From Eledone cirrhosa (taxonomy: Eukaryota), in the NCBI GenBank assembly GCA_964016885.1, contig OZ024741.1, forward strand, positions 234,608,001 to 234,672,000: DNA of 64,000 bases, in the 5' to 3' direction. Below are positions 10,246-27,270 of the stretch, piece after piece (position 1 is the stretch's first letter; each line of letters begins with the position of its first letter). Under the pieces are notes generated by a model. It worked only from the letters and a program-made list of their open reading frames with translations. It did no database searches and was not told the origin of the DNA. The position numbers and the translations under genes are program-made.

Positions 10246-11960
10246 GGCAGCTCCGTAACCCCCTCTTCTACCGCCCTCTACCCTCCGATCCCACACCCCT
10301 CTACCAACAACAAGTTTCTTCCACCATCCAACACCTTGTCTCCCCACCCCCGCTTCCCCCCTCATCGTCCGCACCCCCCGCACCCCCACCATCTACTTCC
10401 TCCCCAAACTCCACAAACCCGACAACCCCGGCCGCCCCATCGTCTCCGCTTGCAACTGCCCCACCGAACTCATCTCCGCCTTTCTTGACTCCATCCTCGC
10501 CCCCCCTTGTCACCACCCTCCCCTCCCACATCTCCGACACCAACCACGCCCTGCGCCTTTTCGACTCCTTCACCTACCCACCCGGCCCACAGCCCTTCCT
10601 CTTCACCCTAGAGAAGAAGTCCCTCTATACAGTCATCCCCCACGCCGACGGCCTACGCGCCCTCAAACACTACCTCGACCTTCGCCCCTCCCCCATCCCC
10701 TCCAGCCCCAACCTCCTTCGCCTCGCCGAGCTGGTCCTCACCCTCAACTGTTTCTCCTTCTCGGGTGAGTTTTACCAACAGGTCACGGGGGTAGCCATGG
10801 GTACAAGAATGGGCCCAAACTATGCCAACCTTTTTGTTGGCCATGTTGAGGCCCAAATCTTTGCCCAGTACACCGGCCCCACGCCCGAACTGTACGGTCG
10901 TTACATCAACGACTGTATCGGAACCACGACCCTCACCCGAGTACAGCTCGACTCCTTTCTCTCCTTCTTCTGCTCCTTCCACCCCTCCCTCCACTTCACC
11001 ACCTCTATTTCCACCACCCACGTCCACTTCTTAGACATCTCCGTCGCCTTCGACCCCTCCCACCACTCCCCCCGTCACCTCCGCCTTCTTCAAACCCACC
11101 GACTCCCACTCCTACCTCGACTTCACCTCTTCCCACCCTTCACACACTAAACACTCTATTCCCTACTCCCAACTCCTCAGGATCCGCCGCCTCTGTAGCC
11201 GAGATGCTGACTTTGAGTCCCAGGCCCTTTCCCTAGTCAGCCATTTCATCCGCAGAGGTAACCCCCCTCTCTCGTCCACACCGCTCTCACCCGCGCCCGT
11301 GCTGTCCACCGTTCCACCACCCTTACCCCACGCCACCGCACACCCACCCACCGTTTCCCCTTCCCCATCACCTACCACCCCTCCACCGCACCATCCTCCG
11401 CCTCTTCCGACGCCTCTAGTCCGACCCCTCCACCTCCCACATCTTCCCAGCCCCACCACTCCCCTCCTTCAAACGCGTACGCAATCTCCGCACCCTCCTC
11501 GTCCACAGCTCCCTACCCCCAACCTACGCTCTCCTCCCCCCCCGGTTCCCTTCCCTGCTCCAGGCCCCGTTGCAACACCTGTCCCCACATCACCAACACC
11601 ACCACCTTCCAGGGTCCCAACGGCCACTCTCTCTCTGTCCGGCATGCCTTCCGCTGCACCTCCTCCAACCTAGTCTACGGACTTCGCTGCACGGAGTGCA
11701 GCGCAACCTACGTCGAACAGACTGGACGTCGCCTGGCGGACCGGTTTACCGAACACCTCCGAGATATTCGTCTCGGTGGTAGTTCCCCCATCGCCCGCCA
11801 CTTTGGTGCCCCTGGATATTCCGCGCACCACCTCACATTCTGTAGCCTACTCCAATGCCACGGAACACCCGCCACTCTCCTCAGGGTCGAACAACGAACC
11901 ATCTTCACCCTATAGACCCACACTATCCCCGGCCTGAACTCCCCAACCTTATTCCTTTAG
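10243..11960 (+). pseudogene. Penelope-like reverse transcriptase plus GIY-YIG endonuclease pseudogene
   Basis: Motifs are spread over several frames (the 10086-11150 ORF holds the RT core). The catalytic YIDD has become YIND. There are multiple frameshifts and a stop in the endonuclease. Confidence 0.88.
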
Positions 11961-13442
11961 CCTTCGACCTCCCCCCTCCCCCCACACATATCCCCCACTA
12001 ACACCACTAACACACCCTTCCTTTTCACCGCCCACCCCACAACTAACAATACTAACACCTCCACCCCACACTTGACCACCCTTTCCCAACTAACATACTA
12101 ACATCCCTCCCTTCTTCTCCCCCCTCCCCTTATCACACGCACACACCCACCGGTACATATATACACGCGCTCACACTAAACACACACCCTACTACCACCA
12201 CTAACCCTCACCCCCACACATACACCCCACCACCCCGCAACTAACATCACTAACACCCCCCGACCCTACGCACACGAACACACACACCCACTTACACAAC
12301 CCACTCTACACGCAACTAACATCACTAACACCCCCCCCCCCCCCCAACCCTACGCACACGAACACACACACCCACTTACACCACCCACTCTACACAACCT
12401 ACCACCACTGCCCCCCACTCACACCTGCATTCAACCCTTTCCCCACCACCAGTATACTAACACCCACTAACACCCCCTTCACCACACACACACTCATCCA
12501 AACACGCACACACACACCAGTACACTACACTCCCTCCACCGGCCCCCACACCCTTCTCTCCCCTCTCCACCCACACCCTTTCTCTCACACACACACATCC
12601 CACTAACACCTCTACTAATACACACACACCCCCTCCGCACTTCAACTTTCACACCTACCCATCCTCTCCCCTGTCCACCGCACCTCCGCACACACTGACA
12701 CACCGACTTTCTTCACTTACCATTCTCCCCGACTGCTGCTATGCCCTTATCTCTGACCACCTCCCCGCACACACAGACACACAACCCACCTCCTGCCTTG
12801 ACCCTCTGACCACTTCCTGTTGCGCCCGCACCCCACATCTCCCCTCTTCCGACCAAGCCAACCACGCATTACACATATTGAACATCGTTCCCTAGAATCA
12901 ACCACATCCCAAGGATATTACCCAGCATTCCACCGCATCCTCTACGGAACTACCTTAAGGACTCACCCACTGACATACACTCAAACAAATTTTTTTCCCA
13001 CACGCCACCTACATCCACAACACGCATAAACACAACAGAGACACGTGCGTACCACCGCATATTTACACACTCAGCCTCCGGAATCCTCTCCCCCCACCCC
13101 TCCCCATCCACACACGCACACACACACCGACCTACACCCCACCTCACACACACCTCTTCCTGAACATGCAACCCCGTTCTTCCCCAACTCTTACTTTCAC
13201 ATACACACACACACACACGTACACCTACACACACACACCACCTTCAGCCCTCCCCACTCCACCCGCCACCACTCCTACACGCCCCACAACCTTCCACCAC
13301 CTGTTTTACTTCATGTTTATTTTTATTTTTATTATGCTTTTATATTTAATTTCATTTGTACCGTTTCCTCTCACCCCCTTTTTTCTATATGTCTCTCCAC
13401 CACTCCCTACACACCCTTGGAACTCTCTTCCCACACACTTTT

Positions 13443-13476
13443 CACCTGAAGAAAGGCTTATGCCCGAAACGTCGTT
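13443..13476 (+). ncRNA. Minimal type I hammerhead ribozyme in the Penelope pLTR
   Basis: cAC-CTGAAGA-aa-GGC-ttat-GCC-c-GAAA-CG-TC-GT has an intact core and a GUC triplet. It matches the minimal hammerheads known from Penelope-like pLTRs. Confidence 0.8.
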
Positions 13477-13557
13477 CTCCACCACCATCCCACTCTCAAG
13501 AGAAACTAATAAACCTTTGTTCGTACTGCTTCTCTGTTTTGTTCCCGTTCAATTTTT

Positions 13558-13583
<26 letters not shown>

Positions 13584-13595
<12 letters not shown>

Positions 13596-13718
13596 CCTTA
13601 TCGAGCTCTCTTTGGATTTTAGTCTTCAAATTTATTATTATTACTATATATATATATAGTAATAATAATAAATTTGAAGACTAAAATCCAAAGAGAGCTC
13701 GATAAGGATAAATATATA
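13584..13718. repeat. Perfect ~135-bp palindrome
   Basis: tatttatccttatcgagctctctttggattttagtcttcaaatttattattattac-(ta)n- is followed by its exact reverse complement. Confidence 0.95.
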
Positions 13719-13744
13719 ATAATCTGTTATTTTAATAAATATAT

Positions 13745-17426
<3,682 letters not shown>

Positions 17427-17749
17427 ACATATATATATTATATGTAGCAAAAAATATCCGTGGAGAGAAAACAGGAAGAAGGAAAAGTGCTCAATCTAGT
17501 GCAAGAGAGCTGATATTTATTTATGTTCAAAGACAGAACAATATATACACACAAATATTTGAGAAATAAGTGTTAATAGAAAGAGATTGAATAGTAAAAA
17601 ACATTTCTCTGTATGAAACACATTATAATTTTATTTTGTCCAACAGACGAGTTTTCAGTTCTCTCTTCTAACCTCCATCTTCCAATATACCATATCATTA
17701 TCCTTTCAAGCCTACTGGCTGGTATGGTTTCATTCTTTTATCGTTACTC

Positions 17750-18275
17750 TCATTACCACCATCATCATTAGCATTATCATAACCACCACTATGATCATCA
17801 TATTCTTTATCATATGCCTCCCCATCACCATCACTACACTTCCATCTACACACCCCTACCAAAACCCATTGAAACACCCATCTTTATAACCCACACCACC
17901 ACCATGATTATTTCAACCACCACCCCCTTTATCACCTTTAACATCACCCAACATCATAATCACTATCATCATCACCATGACTATATATATAACCACTACC
18001 ACCTTCACCTATGCTACCAACATTTATATTCCCCGCCTCTACCAACGCCACTCAGTTAAATAACCACCTCAGCAATCATCATCATCATCAGCAATACTAC
18101 CTTCATAGCCACCACCACATCATGTAACTCAACCACCTTCATCACCATTACCCTCACCAGTATCACGACTATCACCCCCTTTACCACCATCACCACTGCG
18201 GCTAACATCACCACCCCACCACTATCACGACAACCACCATCACCATCACCACCACTGCCACAAATTACTACCATT
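17750..18275. repeat. Degenerate (CAC/CAT)n low-complexity tract
   Basis: Seen directly in the sequence. Confidence 0.8.
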
Positions 18276-18379
18276 CTATAAATTTGTTTTTTTTGTTTTG
18301 TTACTTCTCTAAATTCCATTCCTCAATACAAGAGTCTGTTAGTTCCACACAAGCACACATGATGTCTGTGTGTCGTACA

Positions 18380-21005
18380 GTCTCTCTTTTGTTAAATTTC
18401 CCCTCTTTCAAACAATGATCTTCTCTCACTCACTCTCTTCCTATTTTTTTAAAACTCACTCACACATTCTTCTTCTCTCTGTTCTTTCTTAATTCCTTTC
18501 CCTTTCTCTCTATTTATTTCATTCACACTCGTTTGCTTCTTTCGTCTCTCTTCCACTCTTTTTTTCTCACTTTATCTTTGCCCTATTTCTCCCTTCCTCT
18601 ATTTGTTACACTCTCTATCTTTAACGATAGCTTTCCTTCTTTCCCTTATTCTTCCTCCTTCTATTTTTATTTATATATATCATTAATCATTATATATATA
18701 TATATATATATATTATATATCCATTCTTGCCCTATTTCACCTCTTCTCTTTTACTATTTTTTCATTGCGTCCCCTCTTCCTTTCCCTTTATATTTCTGCC
18801 CTTTCTTTCTCACCTTTCTCCCACTCTAAAAAAAAAAATCACGTCTCTTTCAATTTATCTATATATCAACTACTCTTAAAACTCCCTTTCTTCTCAATCC
18901 TTTTTTTTATATCTTTCTCCTTCTTCACTCTCTCTCTTAGTCTTTCCCCCTTTTTTCTCTGCCTTCTCTCTTATACTGATTCTTATGTCCTCTCCTTTTT
19001 ATCTTTCTCTTCCCCTCTCCCTCTGTTACAATATCAATCTTTCTCAAAGTTCTTTTTTTTTTTTTACAACTACCCCCTCTCTTATTTATTTCCTCTCCTC
19101 TTACACGCATTTCTCTTCATTCACTCCTTCTTGTTTTACTTCCTTTTTTCTCACTGCCTTATTTTTTTACAACCTCCATCACTCTTTCCTTTCATTTCTC
19201 CCTATCTATCTCTGTTTTTCTCTAAATCTACCACTCTTTCTGTTTCTTCCCTCTTTCTCTATTTATAACTGTCTTATTTTTTTGCAACCTCACTCTCTTT
19301 GCTTTCTCTGTGTATATCTTTTTCCTCTTTCTTTATTGTTTTTTCTCCCCCTCTATCTTTTTTATATTTCTCTTCTCTCTCCCTTACACCCCTCTCACTA
19401 TCTTTCTACTCTCTCCCTTACACCCCTTCTCTATCTCTCTCGTTATTTTACTACTCTTTTGCTTTTTCTCTCTCTCCACACACCTAGCTATATCTCTCTC
19501 TCATTTTTTTTCTTTCTCACTCGTTTTAATTTTTCTTTTTATTTCTCTCCCTCTCTCTTTATATATCATTTCTCTCTCCTTCATACACTTCTCTCTATCT
19601 CATTCTGTCTTTCTCACTCTCTCATTTTTTAAAACTTGATTCTTTCTAGCTCTCTCTCTCTCCTCTGCATCTTTCTCCCTACTCTCTATCTCTCTTTATC
19701 TTTCCCCTCTCTCTTACGTATGTCTATGTCTTTCGTCCTCCTTTTCTCTTACCCTCACACATATCTCTGTATCTCTCTCGTCTTCCCTTTCTCCAATTCT
19801 GCGATAAACTGAGTCATTCTGTGAAAAAATAAAAAATAAAATAGATAAGAGAAAGGGGAAAAATCGGTAGCAACAACAACAATATAAAACAATAAAAGCA
19901 AAGTTCCTGAATAAACTTATAAAAAAAGCACCATAGCTCTGGTCTGTCTGTGTGTCACGCTAGTTTTTTTCTTTTCATTTTTTTATCTATCTCAGCTTCC
20001 TCCTACTCCTGCTGTCATCCTCCTCCTCCTACCTCTAGCCTATCTTTAACCTATCTCTGCGTTGATATTTTTTAACGTTTTTCTCCTCCCCTTCTCTCCC
20101 TCACTTACATTATCTCTGTATATCTTGTATCTCTGAATCCCTCTCTCTCAATATTATATTCTCTCTCTCTCTCTCTGGCCTACCTTTCTCATACTGTTTC
20201 TTATATCCGAGTGTTTTGGTTTTCTCCCCTTCCTCCTCTTTTTCCTCACAAAGTTTCCTGCTTCTACTTCACTTCTATGTTTTTTACACTTTCTCTTCCA
20301 CCTCTCTTTAAACTTTCTGCTTTTCTTCCTCCGAATGCTTTTTTCTCTCCTCCCTCTCCCTCTTTACATCTAACTTACTATCATGCTCTGTTATCCTCTA
20401 ACTCTTTCTCTTTACACATCTCTTATGTTTTACCAACCTTTTTTTATTACATATTTCTTCTTTACAAGAAAAAAATAGAAAAACCTACAGAAAATATCCT
20501 TAAAAGAAAAAACAACAAAATTAATTTCTTCATTTTTAATTCAAATTTTCCTTCCATTTATTTTATGCTGTCCTTTGCTACTGTTTTTTTGTTTTAACTC
20601 CACGATATTTTTTAACACTCTCCCATTCCTTTTTCCCTGACTCTTGATACAATCTCATATCCACTTGTATTTTCATCCTTCTAGAGGATAACCTATTCTC
20701 TAGTTCCTTCTCTCTCTTTCCCCCTTCTTTCTCTCTGTTTTCCTCTTTCTCTCTATTACTTCTATTTTATGTTTCTCTCTGTCACTTCTCCCCTCTTACT
20801 CACATTTTACCCAGTCTAATTGCCTCTCTCTTTCTCTTTCTCTCTTCCCATCCCCGTACATTCACTCCTTCACTCTTTATGTCTCCCTCTACTACTTTTT
20901 TATTATCTCCCCATTCATATACCCCATCTAATATTTTCCCTCCCTTTTTTGTTTCTATCTTTCTCTCTTACTCATTCTCATATTTCCCTCCACCTTTCTC
21001 AGTCA
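18380..21005. repeat. ~2.6-kb pyrimidine-rich (CT/T) low-complexity region
   Basis: Strong strand asymmetry with degenerate (CT)n. The ORFs here are F/L/S-rich artefacts. Confidence 0.85.
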
Positions 21006-21724
21006 ACTTAACAAAACAGTTTCACACATACACACTATCCATACTATAGCCACCCTTGCTACCACCACTACTACTACTACTATTACTACAGCTGCTGCTA
21101 CTGATGACCAGGTTCGTTATTAATTACTATAACCGTTATTATTATTATTAGTAGTAGTATATTTTTTAATATTTATTTACTTTATGATTGTTACTATAAT
21201 TCTTCTTATCCTCGTTCCCCGTTGTTCGTGCTGTTGTTGCTGCTGCTGTTACTGTTGTTCTTCTAAATAATACCGCAATTCATCTTTCTATTGCTCTACT
21301 GGCCCGTTTCCATGGCGTTCTGGTGAGATGGGACACATACATACATATACACACAGACACATGTATATGAGTTTGCCTGTCTTTTCTCATATATATACAT
21401 ACACGCAAACATACATATCAAACTAAATATATATATATATAAATGTATGTGTGTGTCAATATGTATATATATATATACACCCCTTGTATACGAACACTCA
21501 TATATACGTATACAGAATATGTCAACTGTCCACATTGGCTCCGCTGCTTTAAGCTTAAATAAAGAACCCACACACGCACACCTCAAGTGGTTTATAGAAG
21601 GGGGGAAGAGACGTAAGCCAGGAAATATCTCCAACACACACACACACACACACTTATATAAATAGACTGTGATATGAATATAAATAGATTCTAATATGAA
21701 TATAAATAGATACTTATATCAAAC

Positions 21725-21860
21725 TTACTTGCGCAATATTTATTTACAAAGTGCAAAGTAAGCCTCTTTCGCAAAACCAGGTCCGCGTGACGTTGTGGCT
21801 ATCTCACCTCGTATCACAATGGAACGTCGGAAAGGCATGAACATCACAGCATCTCGTTAC
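21725..21860. promoter_or_regulatory. Possible promoter / first-exon region (small CpG-containing unique island)
   Basis: ccgcgtgacgt (CRE/E-box-like) at ~21784-21794, locally raised CpG, and a minus-strand GTAAGT donor at ~21723-21728. Suggestive only. Confidence 0.25.
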
Positions 21861-21972
21861 ATTTTTTGGTTCCTCATTTTCTTTTTTTTTTTGTCTGTAG
21901 GGATTTACTTTTGTTCTTGTCAAGATAAATTTAGGTACAACTAATATTGCCTTCTGAAACATTTCAACACAA

Positions 21973-22003
<31 letters not shown>

Positions 22004-23089
22004 AGAGGATAACGGGACTAGCACATTATATATATATACACACACACATATATGTATGTATATATATATATATATGTATGTATGTATATATATATATATA
22101 TATATATATACGTATTAGTTTCACGGTGCTGATTCTCATACATCAAAATGTTATAAACCAGACACATACATACATGCATACACACGCACACATATATATA
22201 TATATCATATATATACACATTTTCATTACAGTATAAAACTTGCTCAAATATTGTATATATCCATGCTATATACACCACATAGTGGATCTTTATGTCGTTG
22301 CTGAGTGTACTAGAAATAGCACTGAAATCCTGCACTATAGGAGACATTGGATCATAATCGAATGACCACAGGTGCAACGGCTTTGACCATAAGGTATGCC
22401 TTAACGAAGTTGACATAGGACTTTGGTGTGAGAAAGGAACATTTTAAAGGATTAAGCGATGTTAGTGCTGCTATTCACCATCTACAAAATCTACAAAGTT
22501 ATTTTGCTTTGACGATATTTTCACTGAGTCAAATACTCATAGAGTGTTTTCAATTTGATAGTAAATTCTCCAACTCTTTATTCCCCTCTCTCTCTCAATA
22601 TTTATATATGTATGTGTGTATAAATGTATGTGACTAAGTCCATCAATTACCTTAAAATGATTGAACATCAGTAGGGCATCTTGTATCAGCTATACTACAA
22701 ATGAAATATAGTCCCTGACATGGTTAAAACACACTAAGATTCCTATGTAGTCTCAATTCTTTGAAAGCAATGATGACCAAGAGGAGTATGGTGATAGGTA
22801 TATGTTGGTAGTGGGTAAGAGGTTGAAGAAATAACAGCATGGGTAGAGTGATGAGATATTAATTAATATGAGACATGATAAGGGAGAGCAAGTGATGGAT
22901 AGCAGCAAAGATGGATGGTAATGAAAATGTTTAGGATCACATGGAAGAGAAAGAAGAATGGGTAGTAGTAGGGGTGATGAAGAAAGCATTATGGTTAGAA
23001 GCAGTGCTACTGGATATGAACACTTGGATGCTCATTATATAGGCATTGTTGGCATATGAGAGAGGTAAAGTGATAACAATTATGAAAAA

Positions 23090-23845
23090 TCATTATTTCT
23101 AGCATAGGCACGAAGCCAGTAATTTGGGGGTGAGAGGAAAGTTGATTAAATTAACTCCAGTACTTTACTGGTACTTTATTTTATCAACCCTAGAAGGATG
23201 ACTGGCAAAGCTGACCTCAGTGGGATTTAAACTCAGAATGAAAAGGGCCATAACGAAATGATGCAAAGCATTTTGTCTGAATTTCTAATGATTCTGCGAA
23301 TCTAGCAAAAATAATTATGATAGGTGATGGTGGAGGACTAAATGTGGACAGATCAAATAGTGCTTAACAAAATAATTGTTTCCACATTTGGCACAAGGCC
23401 AGAAATTTGAAGGGAAGGGGGAAAGTCGATTAAATTTACCCCAGTACGTTATTGATCCTGCAGAATGAAAAGCAAAACTAGCCTCAGCAGGATTTGAACT
23501 CAGAATGTAAAGGTTTGTCACAAAGCATGTCCGACACTCTACTAATACTGCTAATCCATCACTCTCTCGACCTGGTAATAATTGTTTCTACGTTAGGCAC
23601 AAGGCCAGCAATTACCCAGTGGTAATAATGGTTTCTTATATAGGCACAAGGCCAGTAATTTGAGGGGAGGGAAAGTCGATTAAATCGACCCCAGTGCGTG
23701 ACTGGTACTATATTTTATCTACCCCATAAGGATGAAAGGCAAAGTTAACCTCGGCGGGATTTGAGCTCAGATTATAAAGGGCCGTAACTCTATGCTGCAA
23801 AGCATGGCGTCCGACCCTCTACCAATACTGCCAATCCACCACCCT
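23090..23845 (-). mobile_element. Cluster of ~3-4 Meta-type tRNA-derived SINE copies, minus strand
   Basis: Reverse complement of ggattggcagtat...gagttcaaatcccgccgaggttaactttgcctttcatccttatggggt...aaagtaccag. The central motif resembles the MetaSINE domain. Confidence 0.85.
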
Positions 23846-23894
23846 CACCCAGTGGTAATAATAATAGCTAATTTCATTCAAACTAAATAATAAG

Positions 23895-24512
23895 CGTCGG
23901 ACAATATACTTTGCAGCATCGAGTTATGGCCCTTTACATTCAGAGTTCAAATCCCGCCGAGGTTAGCTTTGTCTTTCATCCTTATGGGATCGATAAAATA
24001 AAGCACCAGTAATGCACGGGGATCGATTTAATCAATTTTCCCCTCACCCCAAATTGCTGGCCTTGTGCCTATAGTAGAAATCATTATTTTAGCAATCACT
24101 TCATGCTTGCTCCAATGGGAAGGTCTTCTCCAGTGTGACATGTTACCATTTGTCATCTTAGTAAGGTTCTGGCTTCTTGATATCAGTTTTCATCTCTTGT
24201 CCCCATGTCTTCCTTGGTCTCCCACTTCCACAGGCTCCATCCCTTTTTGGTGCTTGGCATTTCTTTATACAGCTGACACCCTCCATATGCATCCTCTGCC
24301 TATTCTAGCATAGTCTTATCTTTGGGGTGGATTGGCAGTATCGGTAGAGGGTCGGACGCCATGCTTTCCAGCATAGTTACGTCCCTTTACGATCTGAGTT
24401 CAAATCCCGCCGAGGTTGACTTTGCCTTTCATCCTTACGGGGTCGATAAAATAAAGTACCAGTAATGCACTGGGTAATTGCTGGCCTTGTGCCCAAAGTA
24501 GAAACAATTATT
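23895..24512 (+). mobile_element. Two Meta-type SINEs (23895-24088, 24325-24512) flanking or interrupting a minus-strand RTE 3' remnant
   Basis: A box tggcagtatcggt, B box gagttcaaatccc and Meta-like ctttcatccttacggggtcgataaaataaagtaccag. 24100-24300 encodes GRPRKTW on the minus strand. Confidence 0.85.
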
Positions 24513-24597
24513 TCTGATTCCACTTATATCCTGCTTTTCCCTCAATAATTTCTGCTCTATCGTTCCTGCACATTAATATTACACATCCAGCAGAGCT

Positions 24598-24860
24598 GTG
24601 AAGGTACATAGCTTAATGTTTAACATGTTCAACTCACAATTATAAGGTTGTAAACTTGATTCCGACTGTCACATTGTGTCCTTGGACAAGACACTTTATT
24701 TCATGTTGTACCTGTAATTCAAAGGGCCAGCCTTGTCATATACTGTGTCATGCTGAATCTCCTTCATAATTACATTTGTCTGTGGAATGCACAGCCTCTT
24801 GTGCATTGATTGTATCAGCAAGCTGTTTTCTTGATCGAATCAACTAGAACCAATGGTGAT
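24598..24860 (+). mobile_element. Old CORE-type SINE
   Basis: Decayed tRNA head followed by tgtgtccttggacaagacactttatttcatgttg. Confidence 0.65.
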
Positions 24861-26692
24861 CTAACACACACATACACACACAGACGTATGTATATATATT
24901 ATATCATCTTCATGAATTTATGCCTATGGTTGTATGGGTTGGACAGGTCTTCTCCAAATCACTGTTTCACTACTTGTTGCGTTGCTTTGTCATCCTTATT
25001 CTGAAGTTGAACTGTCTGAGATCAACTTTTGCCATTTCTGCACGTGTCTTCATCTTGGAAGCTCTAGCACTTATTTAATCAACTGTCTTTATCCACATGC
25101 ATTAAGTGTCAGTACTAGCAGTCTTCTCGTGTGTGTATAACGATATAATATACGATGATGATATATATATATACACACACTCATGTATACGTCGTATACG
25201 ATAGGCTTCCTTACAGTCTCTAACTACCAAATTTACTTACACAGTGCAGGGCAACAGGATTGAATCTGAAACAGCATGGAGTGAAGTGAACATCTTAGAT
25301 CGTAGTTAGAGACTATAAGACAGTCCATCGTATATGAATACATGTGTGTTTTGGGGTGTGCACATGTATGTCTCAGTAAAATACTGTGGGAGCAATTGTT
25401 TAAGATACGCAAAAACAATACATGCAGAAAAACAGTTTATAATGTAATTTAAAAATAAAGTATTGGTTGGCATTATGAAAGGCATCTCTCCAGAGAAGAA
25501 ACCTGCTTTAGAAATGTCTTGTCCTGCCCATGCAAGCATGAAAATACAGGCTTACAGGTGATGATGATGATTATGGTAATATTTATATATCATCATCATT
25601 TAATATCCATTTTCCCCACTGACAAGGGTTGGAAAGCTCTTCACAGACCGCGTCAGTACTCAAACAAGGCTACTGACCTCCCAGACAGGTTGGAGGTCCA
25701 CATCTCACTTACATACAGTCTTGTGGTCTACTGAATGCATTTTATATTGACACCAACACTAGAGGGGCTGTCATGTCTTTGACGCAACTGAAGGGTCCAT
25801 CCAACCACTTTACAATGTGTACTGGATGTGTTTACCATATAGGTCACCAACACCAAGGAGACCATCATGTCCTTCATGCAACTAAAGTGTATGTAGCTAC
25901 TAATTCAATTTTCAAATTTCAATTGCAGCTGTCTTCTAAACACATGTATAAATATATATACATACATATATTTATCTGTGTGTGTATATATATATGCACC
26001 CAGTACACACTGTAAAGTGGTTAATGATAGGAAGGGCATCCACCCATAGAAAGCTTGCCAAATGAAGGATTGGGAGTATCTTTCAGTTATGTCAAAGACA
26101 TGACAACCTCTCTTGTGCTGGTGCACTCAGTAGAACGTGAAACTACATAAGTGAGATGCAGACCCTCAGCCTGTCTAGGAAGTCAATAGTCCCACTTCAA
26201 TGCTGACATGGTCTATCATAACTTCTCCAACTGTTATACACATGCATAAATATATATTTATTTAAAAATATATCATCATCAGCGTCCACCATTTTATGTC
26301 TGTTTTCCCTGCTGGCATGGGAATCAGATGGTTGAGAGACCATTTTGGCACCACCTCTCCAGCTGGATGGCCTTCCAAATGCTAACCCTTGTATTCTATG
26401 TAAGGTGTATATTGTCTTAAATTGTTTCAAAATATTTCGATCAGCTCAGGGTGTAGTAGTTTCTTCCCTTGCTTGCTGCTCATTACTTGAACATTCCTAT
26501 AGGGAGTTTTGGTTATGAAATTACAAGGATAATCTCAGTTGGTTGAGTTTTCTTCCTACTCACCATATACAAACTGTGAGACTATTGCTACATATACATT
26601 TCATTGAGAGTGCACCCAATATGTATTTTTGCCTCTACCTTTTGTTGACTCACACTCCACATATCACACACAAATATATATAGGTATATCTG

Positions 26693-27270
26693 ATCATCAT
26701 CATCATCGCCGTTTAACGTCCACCTTCCACGCTAGTATGGGTTAGACGGGTTATTCCATTTGAGGCAGGTTGGATCAGGTGACTGTATGCAGCTCATACA
26801 GAACTGTTTCTGGCAATTATATATATAAATTGAATTAGAAGGTTTCGCCATAACTTTAAATAAAATGGTCTAATAACGATATGCATAAACCCACTGAAGG
26901 GAAAAAAGATGGGCATCAGCACACATGGGAGTCAAATCCACATCCCTTGTTTGCTGGACAAGTGCGCTACCATTACATGTACACCTTTGAAAAAGCTTGC
27001 TGAATATAAGCTGGAACTGCTAAGTATCAAGGATGGGTTTTTACCTTCCTTTAGACCCACCCAGCTTTTTCCCATGCATAGAGTACTACTCTGATTTGTG
27101 GTTTCCCTGTATATATCATCATTATCATTTAACGTTTTTTTTCCACTCTAGCATGGGTTAGACAGGTTGAGGTCAGGTGACCGTGTCTAGCTGATACAGA
27201 ACTGTTTCTGGCTTGGTTTTTATGGCTGGATGCCCTTCCTAATGCCAACCACATTTACAGTGTGGAATAG
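26693..27270 (-). mobile_element. Two RTE-tail SINE remnants flanking a tRNA-like-head SINE (~26820-26990)
   Basis: catcat..tttaacgtc..ttccac.ctagcatgggttagac tails at ~26695 and ~27117. A minus-strand tRNA-like head ggtgtacatgtaatggtagcgcacttgtccagcaaacaagggatgtggatttgactccc has a related copy at ~47405-47550. Confidence 0.7.

Larger units (their letters stand above)
10243..13560 (+). mobile_element. Penelope-like retroelement (Neptune-like), 5'-truncated and frameshifted, between (TA)n tracts
   Basis: RT motifs YFLPKLHKPDNPGRPIVS, QQVTGVAMGTRMGPNYANLF, RYINDC and FLDI. Cys-rich linker PCSRPRCNTC. GIY-YIG domain NLVYGLRC..C...YVEQTGRRLADRFTEH. A long C/A-rich 3' region ends in a pLTR with a hammerhead. 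Confidence 0.92.

Noticed and set aside
18533-21011. F/L/S-rich ORFs resembling membrane proteins
   Set aside because: They arise from the pyrimidine-rich low-complexity tract.
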